Part shown: one piece after another, positions 38,795 to 47,012 of the stretch
Position numbering within the stretch: the first letter of the stretch is position 1
Layout: each line of letters starts with the position of its first letter
Made by a program: the position numbers and the translations under genes
NCBI GenBank assembly: GCA_028865095.1
Contig: JAGWLA010000001.1
Coordinates: 47,244-111,243 of the forward strand
DNA: 64,000 bases
DNA from: Patescibacteria group bacterium
GTDB lineage: Bacteria > Patescibacteriota > Minisyncoccia > Phycocordibacterales > PALSA-1337
Direction of reading: 5' to 3'
Notes under the pieces: model-generated
The model's database searches: none
What the model was told of the DNA's origin: nothing
What the model saw: the letters and a program-made list of their open reading frames with translations, nothing else

Positions 38795-39432
38795 CTTTTT
38801 TCGTCGAGCCGGGCGGTGACGACCAGCCTCTGGTCGTATGTCCTCTTGTCGGGCACCCATGCGCCGCCGCAGGTGATGAGCTCGATATATGAGCCTACGG
38901 CGCCGGCGGGGCCGGAGAGGACGTATGAAGGGAGGCCGCCGTATCCGTAGGAAGCCACATCCGTGACCGTGAAGGAGAGCTTCGCGCCGGACCGGGTCAC
39001 GACCTCTATGGCGTCGCCGCGCCGCGCCCCGCTCAGCTTCTTGAAGACGCCGGCGAGGCCGAGGCCGTTGTCCACGTGCCCGTCGATGATCGCCGTCCCT
39101 TCTTTGCCGGGGATCGCGGAATGGTCATACCATGCGACGCTGGTGAAATCGTCGGGCGTCCCTATGCTCCCCGAAGCCGTGGTCCCGACGTCTTCGAAGG
39201 GGGCGTCGATGCCGAGCGAGGGGATGATCAGCCTCGAAGGGTATGCCTCGAGCGTCGCCGCCGGCACTTTCTTCTCTGCAGCCGTCGCGGAGAGGACGTC
39301 CTGGGCCGCTGACCCGTCTAACGACCCGTCAGGCCGGTATATCGCCGCATACGAGAGGGTGCGCGCGAACACGACCGCCGCAGCGATCGTGAGCGCGCCG
39401 ACCGCGTATGTCGTTTTTCGCATCCGAGCCAT
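38791..39432 (-). CDS. srt: Sortase (class E/F-like cysteine transpeptidase)
   Basis: N-terminal TM anchor, catalytic His in TAIIDGHVD, TLxTC-like ELITCGG, conserved Arg in RLVVTARL. Confidence 0.8.
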   Translation of the reverse strand: MARMRKTTYAVGALTIAAAVVFARTLSYAAIYRPDGSLDGSAAQDVLSATAAEKKVPAATLEAYPSRLIIPSLGIDAPFEDVGTTASGSIGTPDDFTSVAWYDHSAIPGKEGTAIIDGHVDNGLGLAGVFKKLSGARRGDAIEVVTRSGAKLSFTVTDVASYGYGGLPSYVLSGPAGAVGSYIELITCGGAWVPDKRTYDQRLVVTARLDEKR

Positions 39433-39435
39433 GCT

Positions 39436-39903
39436 TTATGCCCGCTGCCGCCAGCTCTCGCGGGCGAGCGCGCCTACCACATATGAGGCTCCGGCCGCCA
39501 TCACCAATCCCGAGACGAGAAGGATGAGCCATTGCCTCGATGCGTCGCCGCCGGCGCCGGTATTGGGAGCGCTCGCGGGGATGAGGACCGAAGCGGCATA
39601 CCCGAGCGCGACGCCGGCGGTGCCGTTCGGGTCATGCACCGCGCTCCCGCCGTACAGGCCGATAGCGGGATCGTAGTAGACGCCGTTCCCGTAGTAATAG
39701 ATCTTCGATGCGGCAGCCGCATCCGACTGGAGGTAGTACCACCCGGCCGGAAGCGCGGAGGAATTCGACGCATTGACCTCCTGCCCGCTCGCATTATAGA
39801 GGGCCGGCATGAGGGCTTGGACTTGCGCGTCGGCGGCTGCGGCTCCCGCGAGCGCCGTCACTGCGAGGAGCCCGTTCACGATGAAGTAATAGGGTGTTCT
39901 CAT
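39436..39903 (-). CDS. Small secreted Tyr/Gly/Ala-rich protein with a C-terminal sorting-signal-like tail (candidate sortase substrate)
   Basis: Signal peptide MRTPYYFIVNGLLAVTALAGAAAADA. C-terminus SAPNTGAGGDASRQ, then the hydrophobic WLILLVSGLVMAAGASYVVGAL, then the basic ARESWRQRA. Immediately upstream of the sortase gene. Confidence 0.5.
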   Translation of the reverse strand: MRTPYYFIVNGLLAVTALAGAAAADAQVQALMPALYNASGQEVNASNSSALPAGWYYLQSDAAAASKIYYYGNGVYYDPAIGLYGGSAVHDPNGTAGVALGYAASVLIPASAPNTGAGGDASRQWLILLVSGLVMAAGASYVVGALARESWRQRA

Positions 39904-40020
39904 GGTGTTGTTCGTGCGATTAGGCGGATAATCCTATGTGCTGGCTTCTTTAGAGGCTGACGGGGCTGCGGCCGATTTCTTACATCGGCGGGCGCGCGGA
40001 TGCGGGCGCCGTGCCCGGCG

Positions 40021-41841
40021 TCAGATCACCGGCGCAGTGGTGAGGCCGAATTCTCCGGTCTCCTGGCTGTTCCCGTTCGCGTCGACCGACTTTATGATGA
40101 AGCGATAGGACGTGCCTGCGGAAAGCCCGGAGACGGTCACTTCATGGCTAGCGGCCAGCGACGGATCGACGACCGCTTGGGTGGAGCTCGCTCCGATGAC
40201 GACCGGAGAGGACGTCGAGTAGTAGACCTCGGAATCCGCGTCATCGGCGGTATCCCACGTGAGCTTGACCGAGCCGGTCCCTACGAGAGCCATGGCGTTC
40301 GATATCGTCGGGCTGGTCGAAGCGGTCGTAGTGGCCGCTGCCGCCGTCGAGAAGCTTATCTCGGAAGACGTGGCGGCTCCGGCGGCATCAGACGATCGCA
40401 CCGCGACATAGTACAGCGTCGAAGGGGAGAGGCCGGTCAGGACGATCGAATGGTTGGTGATCGAGGAAGGGTCGCTCGCAGAGAGCGTCCCCGCGCCTCC
40501 GATGACCGGCGACGAGGTCGAATAATAGGCCGTCGAATCGGAGCTCTGGTCGGTGCTCCAGCCGATGGCCGCGGTCGAGGTGCCGATGGCCGAAGCGTTG
40601 AGGCCGCTGATGACCGGAACGGATGCGGTGCTCGAAGCGGCCGTCACTTCGATGGCCGTGCTCGACGACGTCGTCAGGCCGGAAGCGTCCTTAGCGGTGA
40701 AGGTCACGGTGTAAGTCCCGGTCGCGGCGTATTCATGAGAGAACGTCGACGTCTGGAGATACACGGGCTGTCGGGCTACGAGAGCCATGAATCGCATGGC
40801 CGGCTGGTCGCCCCAGTCGACGCTGTATGACAGCGGCTGGTCCTGCGGGTCATACGCGTCGACCGACCATGTGCCTTGTTCGCCTGCAGTCAGGGAGCCT
40901 GGTCCGGCGACCGATGTTATGACCGGAGGCTTGGCGTTAGCCGGCGTAGGCGTGACGAACGATATCTCCGATGACGTGCTCATGGCGCCGTTCGGGCCTT
41001 TCGAGCCGACGACCGCGAAGTAGGTCGTGGCGCTCTGCAGGCCGGTCAAGCGGACGGCGTGGTAGAAGACATCGCCGACATGCTCGATCTGCGGCGCGCC
41101 GGACGTGTCGACAGGCGAGGAGGTCCCGTACCAGACCTCGCTATCCGAGCGCTCGTTCGTCTTCCATGCGATGGTCGCCGAAGAGGGACGCGTAGACGTG
41201 GCGCTCAAGCCCGATATGACGGGTCCCGAAGAAGAGGACGCTATGTTCACGGTCACCGACGACGTCGTGGTCAGGCCGGCGCTGTCCTTGACCGTGAAGG
41301 TCACGGTGTAGACGCCGGGCGACGAGTATTCATGGGAGAAGGAGGCGGTCTGGACGAAGACCGGCTGCGCGGCCAGGAACGCCATCCAGCGTGGGCTCTC
41401 GCCCCAGTCGACCGAGTAGCTAAGGGTCCCATTCTGCGGATCAGAAGCGCTCACCGTCCAGGTGCCGGTCTGGCCTGGCTGAAGGACGGTCGGCGACGAT
41501 ATCCCGCTGATGACCGGCGGAAGGGCTGATGTCGGCGTGGTAGGCCCGGGCGTCTGGCTGCCGTCATCGCTTCCGGCGCTGTCATCGTCCCCGTCGGCTT
41601 TTTGGCCGTCGGCCGACAGCGGCTGACCGTTCGATGCGGCTATGGAGAAAGAAGGGTGGTTCTTATTCCACCCCGGCGCGATGGCGTGCCCGAGAGCGCG
41701 GCCGTTATCTTCGCCCTTAGTCGCCGCGAAGGCGGCGAGCGAAGGCGATGCCAGCGCGAGGACGGATGCTATGGCTCCTGCGATGGCGAGGCCCTTTGCG
41801 GTCACTGATCGGTGCTTATCTCGATGTGATTGATTCATCAT
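40021..41841 (-). CDS. Large secreted surface protein (P4) with three FN3 and two PKD-like repeat modules
   Basis: Signal peptide. Repeated ISGLSA...WKTN/WSTD...YFAV/YYVAV FN3 modules and two YSVDWG...FSHEY...YTVTFT PKD-like modules. Confidence 0.7.
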   Translation of the reverse strand: MMNQSHRDKHRSVTAKGLAIAGAIASVLALASPSLAAFAATKGEDNGRALGHAIAPGWNKNHPSFSIAASNGQPLSADGQKADGDDDSAGSDDGSQTPGPTTPTSALPPVISGISSPTVLQPGQTGTWTVSASDPQNGTLSYSVDWGESPRWMAFLAAQPVFVQTASFSHEYSSPGVYTVTFTVKDSAGLTTTSSVTVNIASSSSGPVISGLSATSTRPSSATIAWKTNERSDSEVWYGTSSPVDTSGAPQIEHVGDVFYHAVRLTGLQSATTYFAVVGSKGPNGAMSTSSEISFVTPTPANAKPPVITSVAGPGSLTAGEQGTWSVDAYDPQDQPLSYSVDWGDQPAMRFMALVARQPVYLQTSTFSHEYAATGTYTVTFTAKDASGLTTSSSTAIEVTAASSTASVPVISGLNASAIGTSTAAIGWSTDQSSDSTAYYSTSSPVIGGAGTLSASDPSSITNHSIVLTGLSPSTLYYVAVRSSDAAGAATSSEISFSTAAAATTTASTSPTISNAMALVGTGSVKLTWDTADDADSEVYYSTSSPVVIGASSTQAVVDPSLAASHEVTVSGLSAGTSYRFIIKSVDANGNSQETGEFGLTTAPVI

Positions 41842-42137
41842 GTTATGTTATTGGTATCTGGTTTAACGTTGGTAATTGATAATGCTCCTATGAAGGTCTT
41901 TCCTATGCGGCTCTTTTCCCTATGCGCGCGCCGCCCCTATGCGGCACCGCGCGCAGCTCCGGCGGTTCGCGGCCGTGCGTATCGGGAGACGGGCCTCTCG
42001 ATCGTTTCTTACAGCGCGGACATGTCCCTTGCCGCGTGGACAAGCTCGGAAGGCCGTTGTATGTTTAAGGGACGGAAGCACTCGCTCGCGGTCGCATTGA
42101 CAAGAGCTGTAAGAGATATCCTCGTTATCCGTCTTCA

Positions 42138-42674
42138 ATGATGAACCACTCTCATATGAGCTCGCGCTTCACTGCCCGTTACGAGGCCGACGCGGATTCG
42201 GTGTTCCGTTTCTGCTTCTTGAGGGTGTCCGACCGCGAGCTGGCGCTGGACATCACCCAAGAGACCTTCGGGCGGTTTTGGAGGAGCTTGAGCGGGGGAG
42301 AGGATATCGCGAACGAAAGGGCTTTCTTGTTCACCGTGGCCCATCGGCTGGTGATAGATTGGTATCGCCGCAAGAAGGCGGCCCGGCTCGAAGACCTGAC
42401 GGGCGCGGACGGCGAGCCGTATGACCCGCCCGACGAGAAGACGCTCGACAGCCTCGGCCTCGAGGCGGAGGGCAGGTTCCTCGCCGATGCGATATCCAAG
42501 ATCGACGGCTCCAATCGGCACGCCGTCTATCTCCGCTTCATCGAAGGGCTGTCGCCCCCGGAGATCGGGGAGGTGCTCGGCATATCGACGGGCGCAGCAT
42601 CGGTCAGGGTGAGCAGGGGATTGGCAGAGCTTAAGAAGATAACGGGATACGACGACATCGACGAACATGAATAA
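42138..42674 (+). CDS. ECF (sigma-70 family group IV) sigma factor
   Basis: Region 2 (AFLFTVAHRLVIDWYRRKK) and region 4 HTH (LSPPEIGEVLGISTGAASVRVSRG). Confidence 0.8.
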   Translation: MMNHSHMSSRFTARYEADADSVFRFCFLRVSDRELALDITQETFGRFWRSLSGGEDIANERAFLFTVAHRLVIDWYRRKKAARLEDLTGADGEPYDPPDEKTLDSLGLEAEGRFLADAISKIDGSNRHAVYLRFIEGLSPPEIGEVLGISTGAASVRVSRGLAELKKITGYDDIDEHE

Positions 42675-43773
42675 CACACGGATGAAAGGGAAAAGCTTCG
42701 AGAAGGCCTTGCGGCAATTCAAGAAGGTTGGCATGACCGATGCCGAGAAGGCCGCCGTCCTGCGCCGCTCGACGGCGGGGGGCGACGGTTTCTTGCCGCC
42801 TGCGCATCCGGCCGCGCCGCGCCGGAAGCCGATCCGGAGCCCGTGGACGGTATACTCCGTGGCTCTCTGGATGAGAGAGCGGCGCGAATGGTCGTACGCT
42901 CTCGCGGCAGTCGCCGTCGTCAGCCTCTCGACGGGAGGGGTGGCATTCGCGGCCCAAGGCGCTCTGCCGGGGGACGCGCTCTATCCAGTGAAAGTCGACG
43001 TCACGGAGCCTCTGCAGACGGCCCTGACGTTCTCGGCCGAAGGCAAGGCCCAGCTCGCCGCCGATCTCGCCGTCGAGCGCATGAAGGAGGCCCAGGCGCT
43101 GGCCTCCAAAGGACAGCTCGACGCCTCGAAGCAGCAGGAGATACAAGCCCTTTTCGATGCCCATACAGCCGCCCTCTCGATGAGCCTGGCGACGATCAAG
43201 GCGTCGGATCCTTCCGCGGCCAAGAGCATCGCTGCCCGGTTCCAATCCGATATGCTCGACCAGGCGCAGGAGCTCGACAGGATATCCGGGGCGACATCGA
43301 GCCTCCCCGTCCTTGCTCGTGTCCCGACCGAAGCCCGCCCCGAATCTCCTTCTCGCGCCGCCCCGTCAGCCTCTCCGGCGCCGTCGCCAATCGAGGCCGC
43401 AGAGCAGGAGGAGCGGCTCCCGTCGCCGGCCGTCCGCGTGCTCTACGTGGCCCCCTCGCCCTCGCCTTTCTCTTCTCCGACGCCTCTCCCTTCTCCGGCT
43501 CTTCAGCCCGCCGTCGCACCTTCTCCTTCGCCGACCCCGTCTCCTTCGCCGACCCCGTCTCCGAGCCCGCGAGGCAAAGAAGGAGCCGACCAAGGCGACC
43601 AGGCATCCGCTCAAGCCCTGTCGGAGGCGGCGAAGCGCGCCGCCGCGGCTTTCGGAGAAGGGGATGCCCTGATCAGCGGCGACCATCATGCGGATGACCA
43701 TGCGGGTGACGGCGCGGATAACGGCGGCCATCGCTGGCCGGGGCATGTCGATCTCCGCGAAAGAGGCGATTGA
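42667..43773 (+). CDS. Anti-sigma factor-like membrane protein (single TM, periplasmic DUF5667-like domain, Pro/Ser-rich tail)
   Basis: 8-nt overlap with the sigma factor gene. TM helix WSYALAAVAVVSLSTGGVAFA. Low-complexity tail SPSPTPSPSPTPSPSP. Confidence 0.6.
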   Translation: MNNTRMKGKSFEKALRQFKKVGMTDAEKAAVLRRSTAGGDGFLPPAHPAAPRRKPIRSPWTVYSVALWMRERREWSYALAAVAVVSLSTGGVAFAAQGALPGDALYPVKVDVTEPLQTALTFSAEGKAQLAADLAVERMKEAQALASKGQLDASKQQEIQALFDAHTAALSMSLATIKASDPSAAKSIAARFQSDMLDQAQELDRISGATSSLPVLARVPTEARPESPSRAAPSASPAPSPIEAAEQEERLPSPAVRVLYVAPSPSPFSSPTPLPSPALQPAVAPSPSPTPSPSPTPSPSPRGKEGADQGDQASAQALSEAAKRAAAAFGEGDALISGDHHADDHAGDGADNGGHRWPGHVDLRERGD

Positions 43774-43854
43774 TCGGCCTTTGCACCAATTGTCTTTCCC
43801 GTTCGTACTCAATGGATATAAGGTCGCATTATCAGCCTTTACCATGCTTATTTC

Positions 43855-44226
43855 ATGCACATGAAAGCCTCTATCAAGATATACATGGCGATCGGCGCCA
43901 TAGCGGCATCCGCCGCGGCCCTCGCCCCGGCTCTCGCCGATGCGGCGACAGCCCCGTATGTGAATACGTACCAGATCCCCGGCGGGGGAGTGAGAGTGGA
44001 TATGAGCCTTCCTTCGGATTATGCCGGCCAGGTATCCACGGTCTATAGCGGCGGGAAGTGGGAGACGTTCTCCACGACCACTCCGCTCACCGCCGCCGAT
44101 CAGGCCGCTCTAGAGAAGCAGGCCCAAGCCCGCTTCCAGGTGCTGCAGCAGCTTTTCGCCGACCAGCAGAAGCTGTTCGACCAGCAACAGCAGCTCATGC
44201 AGAGCATGTTCAACGCTTCCTGGTAG
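43855..44226 (+). CDS. Small secreted Gln-rich hypothetical protein
   Basis: Signal peptide AIGAIAASAAALAPALADA and a C-terminal Q-rich coiled segment. Confidence 0.45.
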   Translation: MHMKASIKIYMAIGAIAASAAALAPALADAATAPYVNTYQIPGGGVRVDMSLPSDYAGQVSTVYSGGKWETFSTTTPLTAADQAALEKQAQARFQVLQQLFADQQKLFDQQQQLMQSMFNASW

Positions 44227-44244
44227 GCGTGCTAGGATGGGGCC

Positions 44245-44634
44245 ATGGATGCCCATGAATTCGAAGCGCTCGTGGCCGACGCCGGGTTCGGATCGGTGCC
44301 GGAGCGATACCGCGGCCTGATCTCCAATGCCGCTCTGACCATCGAGGACGACGTCTCCGAGGAGATGCGCCGAGACATGGGATTGCGGGAGGACGAGACG
44401 CTTCTCGGTCTCTATCAGGGCGTGCCGCTCACGGCTCGCGGGGACGGCTACGGCATCGGCGGCAGCCTTCCCGACAAGATCACGCTTTTCAGGCTGCCTA
44501 TCCTCGAGGCGGCCCGTCAGGACGGCGTGCCCGTGCGCCGCGTCATCGACGAGACCGTCTGGCATGAGGTGGCGCATCATTTCGGCTTGGATGAGGATGC
44601 CGTGAGGCGCAGGGAAGCGGAAAGAGGCCGATAA
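44245..44634 (+). CDS. Zincin-like metallopeptidase-fold protein (DUF1025-like)
   Basis: C-terminal ETVWHEVAHHFGLDE (HExxH). Confidence 0.55.
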   Translation: MDAHEFEALVADAGFGSVPERYRGLISNAALTIEDDVSEEMRRDMGLREDETLLGLYQGVPLTARGDGYGIGGSLPDKITLFRLPILEAARQDGVPVRRVIDETVWHEVAHHFGLDEDAVRRREAERGR

Positions 44635-44654
44635 GCCCGCCGTCGCTCGCGATG

Positions 44655-44683
44655 TTGACTCCCAGACAGCGGTCTGCTAGTAT
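44655..44683 (+). promoter_or_regulatory. Sigma-70-type promoter TTGACT-N17-TAGTAT driving the rpsZ-...-map segment
   Basis: TTGACTCCCAGACAGCGGTCTGCTAGTAT, followed by a ~110-nt leader containing the hairpin TCCGCCGGATGGCGGA. Confidence 0.45.
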
Positions 44684-44797
44684 CCAGATACCTCATATAT
44701 ACCCTGTATTGCGAGGCGAAGCGATTGGAAGCATGTCCGCCGGATGGCGGAAAGCTGACCGATCCCATTTTCATTGCCGAAAGGCGCACGAAGCCAC

Positions 44798-44983
44798 ATG
44801 GCCAAGACATCAGTCATCGTCAGATCCCAGAAGAAGCCGAAATTCAAGTCGCGCGTGGTGCGCCGCTGCTTCCGTTGCGGCCGCAAGCATGGCTACATGA
44901 GGGATTTCGACCTCTGCCGCATCTGCTTCAGGGAATTCGCGAACGAGGGAGCCATCCCCGGCATCAAGAAGTCTTCCTGGTAG
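44798..44983 (+). CDS. rpsZ: 30S ribosomal protein S14 type Z (zinc-binding)
   Basis: 61 aa with CxxC...CxxC (RCFRCGR...CRIC). Start at MAKTSVIVR. Confidence 0.9.
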   Translation: MAKTSVIVRSQKKPKFKSRVVRRCFRCGRKHGYMRDFDLCRICFREFANEGAIPGIKKSSW

Positions 44984-45002
44984 CCGCCTTATCGATACCA
45001 TC

Positions 45003-45395
45003 ATGATCTCCGACCCCATATCAGACCTCATCATCCGCATCAAGAACGCTTCCAGCGCCAAGCTGGCTGCTATCGAAGTCCCTTATACGAAGTTCGTCGA
45101 GAACGTCGCTCAAGCCCTCAAGAAGGCCGGCTATCTCGCCGCCGTCGAGAAGAAGGGCAAGGACGTCCAGAAGAGCCTCGAGCTCGGCCTCGTCTACCTT
45201 TCCGGCGACGCCCGGGTCCATGACGTCGAGCGCCTGTCCAAGCCGTCCCGCCGCATGTATTGGAAATCGTCGGACATCCGTTCGTACAAGAGCGGCTACG
45301 GCAACGCCTTCTTGTCCACTCCCAAGGGCGTGCTGGCCGATGTCGAGGCCAAGAAGCTCAAAGTCGGGGGAGAGGTCCTGTTCCGCATCTGGTAA
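45003..45395 (+). CDS. rpsH: 30S ribosomal protein S8
   Basis: MISDPISDLIIRIKNA matches the S8 N-terminus. Confidence 0.95.
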   Translation: MISDPISDLIIRIKNASSAKLAAIEVPYTKFVENVAQALKKAGYLAAVEKKGKDVQKSLELGLVYLSGDARVHDVERLSKPSRRMYWKSSDIRSYKSGYGNAFLSTPKGVLADVEAKKLKVGGEVLFRIW

Positions 45396-45404
45396 TACAC
45401 ACAC

Positions 45405-45938
45405 ATGTCTCGCCTCGCAAAAAAGCCCATCATGATCCCGTCCAAGACCGAAGCTTCTTACTCCGGGGGAACTTTCACCGTGAAGGGCCCGCTCGGCTCT
45501 CTGACCAAGGAATTCCGCCCGCATGTCGGCGTGACCGTCGCCGACGGCGCCATCGCCCTGTCTTTGCTCCGCGATTCGCTCGAGGCCAAAGCCCTTATCG
45601 GCACGTATGCCGCCCATATCAGGAACATGCTCGCCGGCGTCAATAAGGCCTACGAGAAGAAGCTCATCGTCGAAGGCATCGGGTATAAGGCCGACGTCAA
45701 AGGCGCGGAGCTCGTCCTGGCGGTCGGCTTCTCGCATCCGGTCGCTCTCGCCATCCCGGAGGGGATCAAGGTCACTTCCGAGAAGAGCACCCTGACGGTC
45801 TCCGGGATCGACAAAGAGCGCGTCGGCAAGTTCGCCGCCGAGATCCGGGCGGTCAAGAAGCCCGAGCCGTATCTCGGCAAGGGCATCAGATATGCCGACG
45901 AGGTCATCCGCAGGAAGCAGGGCAAGAAAGCCGCATAA
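45405..45938 (+). CDS. rplF: 50S ribosomal protein L6
   Basis: L6 family. Confidence 0.93.
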   Translation: MSRLAKKPIMIPSKTEASYSGGTFTVKGPLGSLTKEFRPHVGVTVADGAIALSLLRDSLEAKALIGTYAAHIRNMLAGVNKAYEKKLIVEGIGYKADVKGAELVLAVGFSHPVALAIPEGIKVTSEKSTLTVSGIDKERVGKFAAEIRAVKKPEPYLGKGIRYADEVIRRKQGKKAA

Positions 45939-45944
45939 CATACG

Positions 45945-46292
45945 ATGAATACCATAGAAACAAAGCAAGCAATATTCGCGCGCCGCAAGGCCAGGGTCCG
46001 CGCCAAGCTCCACGGCACCGCCGAGCGCCCCCGCTTGGCCGTCTTCAAGTCCCACCGCTACATATACGCCCAGCTCATCGACGACGATAAGGGGACGACG
46101 CTCGCGGCTGCCGATACCCGCTCCTACAAGGGCAAGCCGGTCGAGAAGGCCAAGGCGCTCGGCGTCGATATCGCCAAGAAGGCGAAAGCCGCCAAGATCG
46201 GCAAAGCGGTGTTCGACCGCTCGGGCTACCTCTACGCCGGCAAGGTCAAGATCGTAGCCGATGCGGCCAGGGAAGGAGGCCTTGAATTTTAA
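45945..46292 (+). CDS. rplR: 50S ribosomal protein L18
   Basis: L18 family. Confidence 0.9.
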   Translation: MNTIETKQAIFARRKARVRAKLHGTAERPRLAVFKSHRYIYAQLIDDDKGTTLAAADTRSYKGKPVEKAKALGVDIAKKAKAAKIGKAVFDRSGYLYAGKVKIVADAAREGGLEF

Positions 46293-47005
46293 TGACCATA
46301 TCACACATGCCACACGACGACACACAGAAGAATAACGTGACGACGGCGCCGGCCTCCGCGCCTGTCGCGGCTGCAGCCGCCGCCGCTCCTACTGCTCCGG
46401 CGCATGTCGGAAAGATCACTCCCGGTCGCCGTCTCCGCGATTCGGCGCGCCCTGGAGCTCGCGGTCCGGCTGGCCGCAATTCCCGCGGAGGGCGCCCGGG
46501 AAGCCAGTCCCGCGACCGGATCAAGCCGGAGTTCGACTCCAAGATCATCGATATTCGCCGCGTCACCCGCGTCACCGCCGGCGGCCGCCGCATGAACTTC
46601 AGCGTGGCGGTCGTGGCAGGAGACAGGAAGGGCAGGGTCGGCGTCGGCCTCGGCAAGGGCAATGACACCGCCGGCGCCGTCGAGAAGGCCACCCGCGAGG
46701 CCAAGAAGCACATGATCAAGGTGCCTCTGACCGCCGCCATGACCATCCCGCACGCCGTCGAAGCCAAGTATTCCAGCGCCCGCGTCATGATATTCCCGGC
46801 CCGCGGCCGCGGCGTGGTGGCAGGAAGCTCCGCCCGCTCTGTCATCGAGCTCGCCGGCATCAAGGACGTCTGCGCCAAATTCATGTCCGGCAGCAAGAAC
46901 GGCCTCAATAACGCCAAAGCCACCGTCGAAGCCCTCTCCCGCCTCATCAAGTCATCGCGCGCCGAGCTCCGCGGCACGGCAGCTCCGAAAGCGCCCCGCT
47001 CATAA
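46292..47005 (+). CDS. rpsE: 30S ribosomal protein S5 (with a ~70-aa Ala/Pro/Arg-rich N-terminal extension)
   Basis: S5 dsRBD and C-terminal domain (RVTRVTAGGRRMNF...). TAATG overlap with the rplR stop. Confidence 0.92.
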   Translation: MTISHMPHDDTQKNNVTTAPASAPVAAAAAAAPTAPAHVGKITPGRRLRDSARPGARGPAGRNSRGGRPGSQSRDRIKPEFDSKIIDIRRVTRVTAGGRRMNFSVAVVAGDRKGRVGVGLGKGNDTAGAVEKATREAKKHMIKVPLTAAMTIPHAVEAKYSSARVMIFPARGRGVVAGSSARSVIELAGIKDVCAKFMSGSKNGLNNAKATVEALSRLIKSSRAELRGTAAPKAPRS

Positions 47006-47012
47006 TACCGCC

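Noticed and set aside
40021-41841. P4 as a sortase substrate
   Set aside because: Its C-terminus (…GEFGLTTAPVI) has no LPxTG-like motif, no hydrophobic anchor and no basic tail. Only the small downstream protein shows a sorting-signal-like tail.
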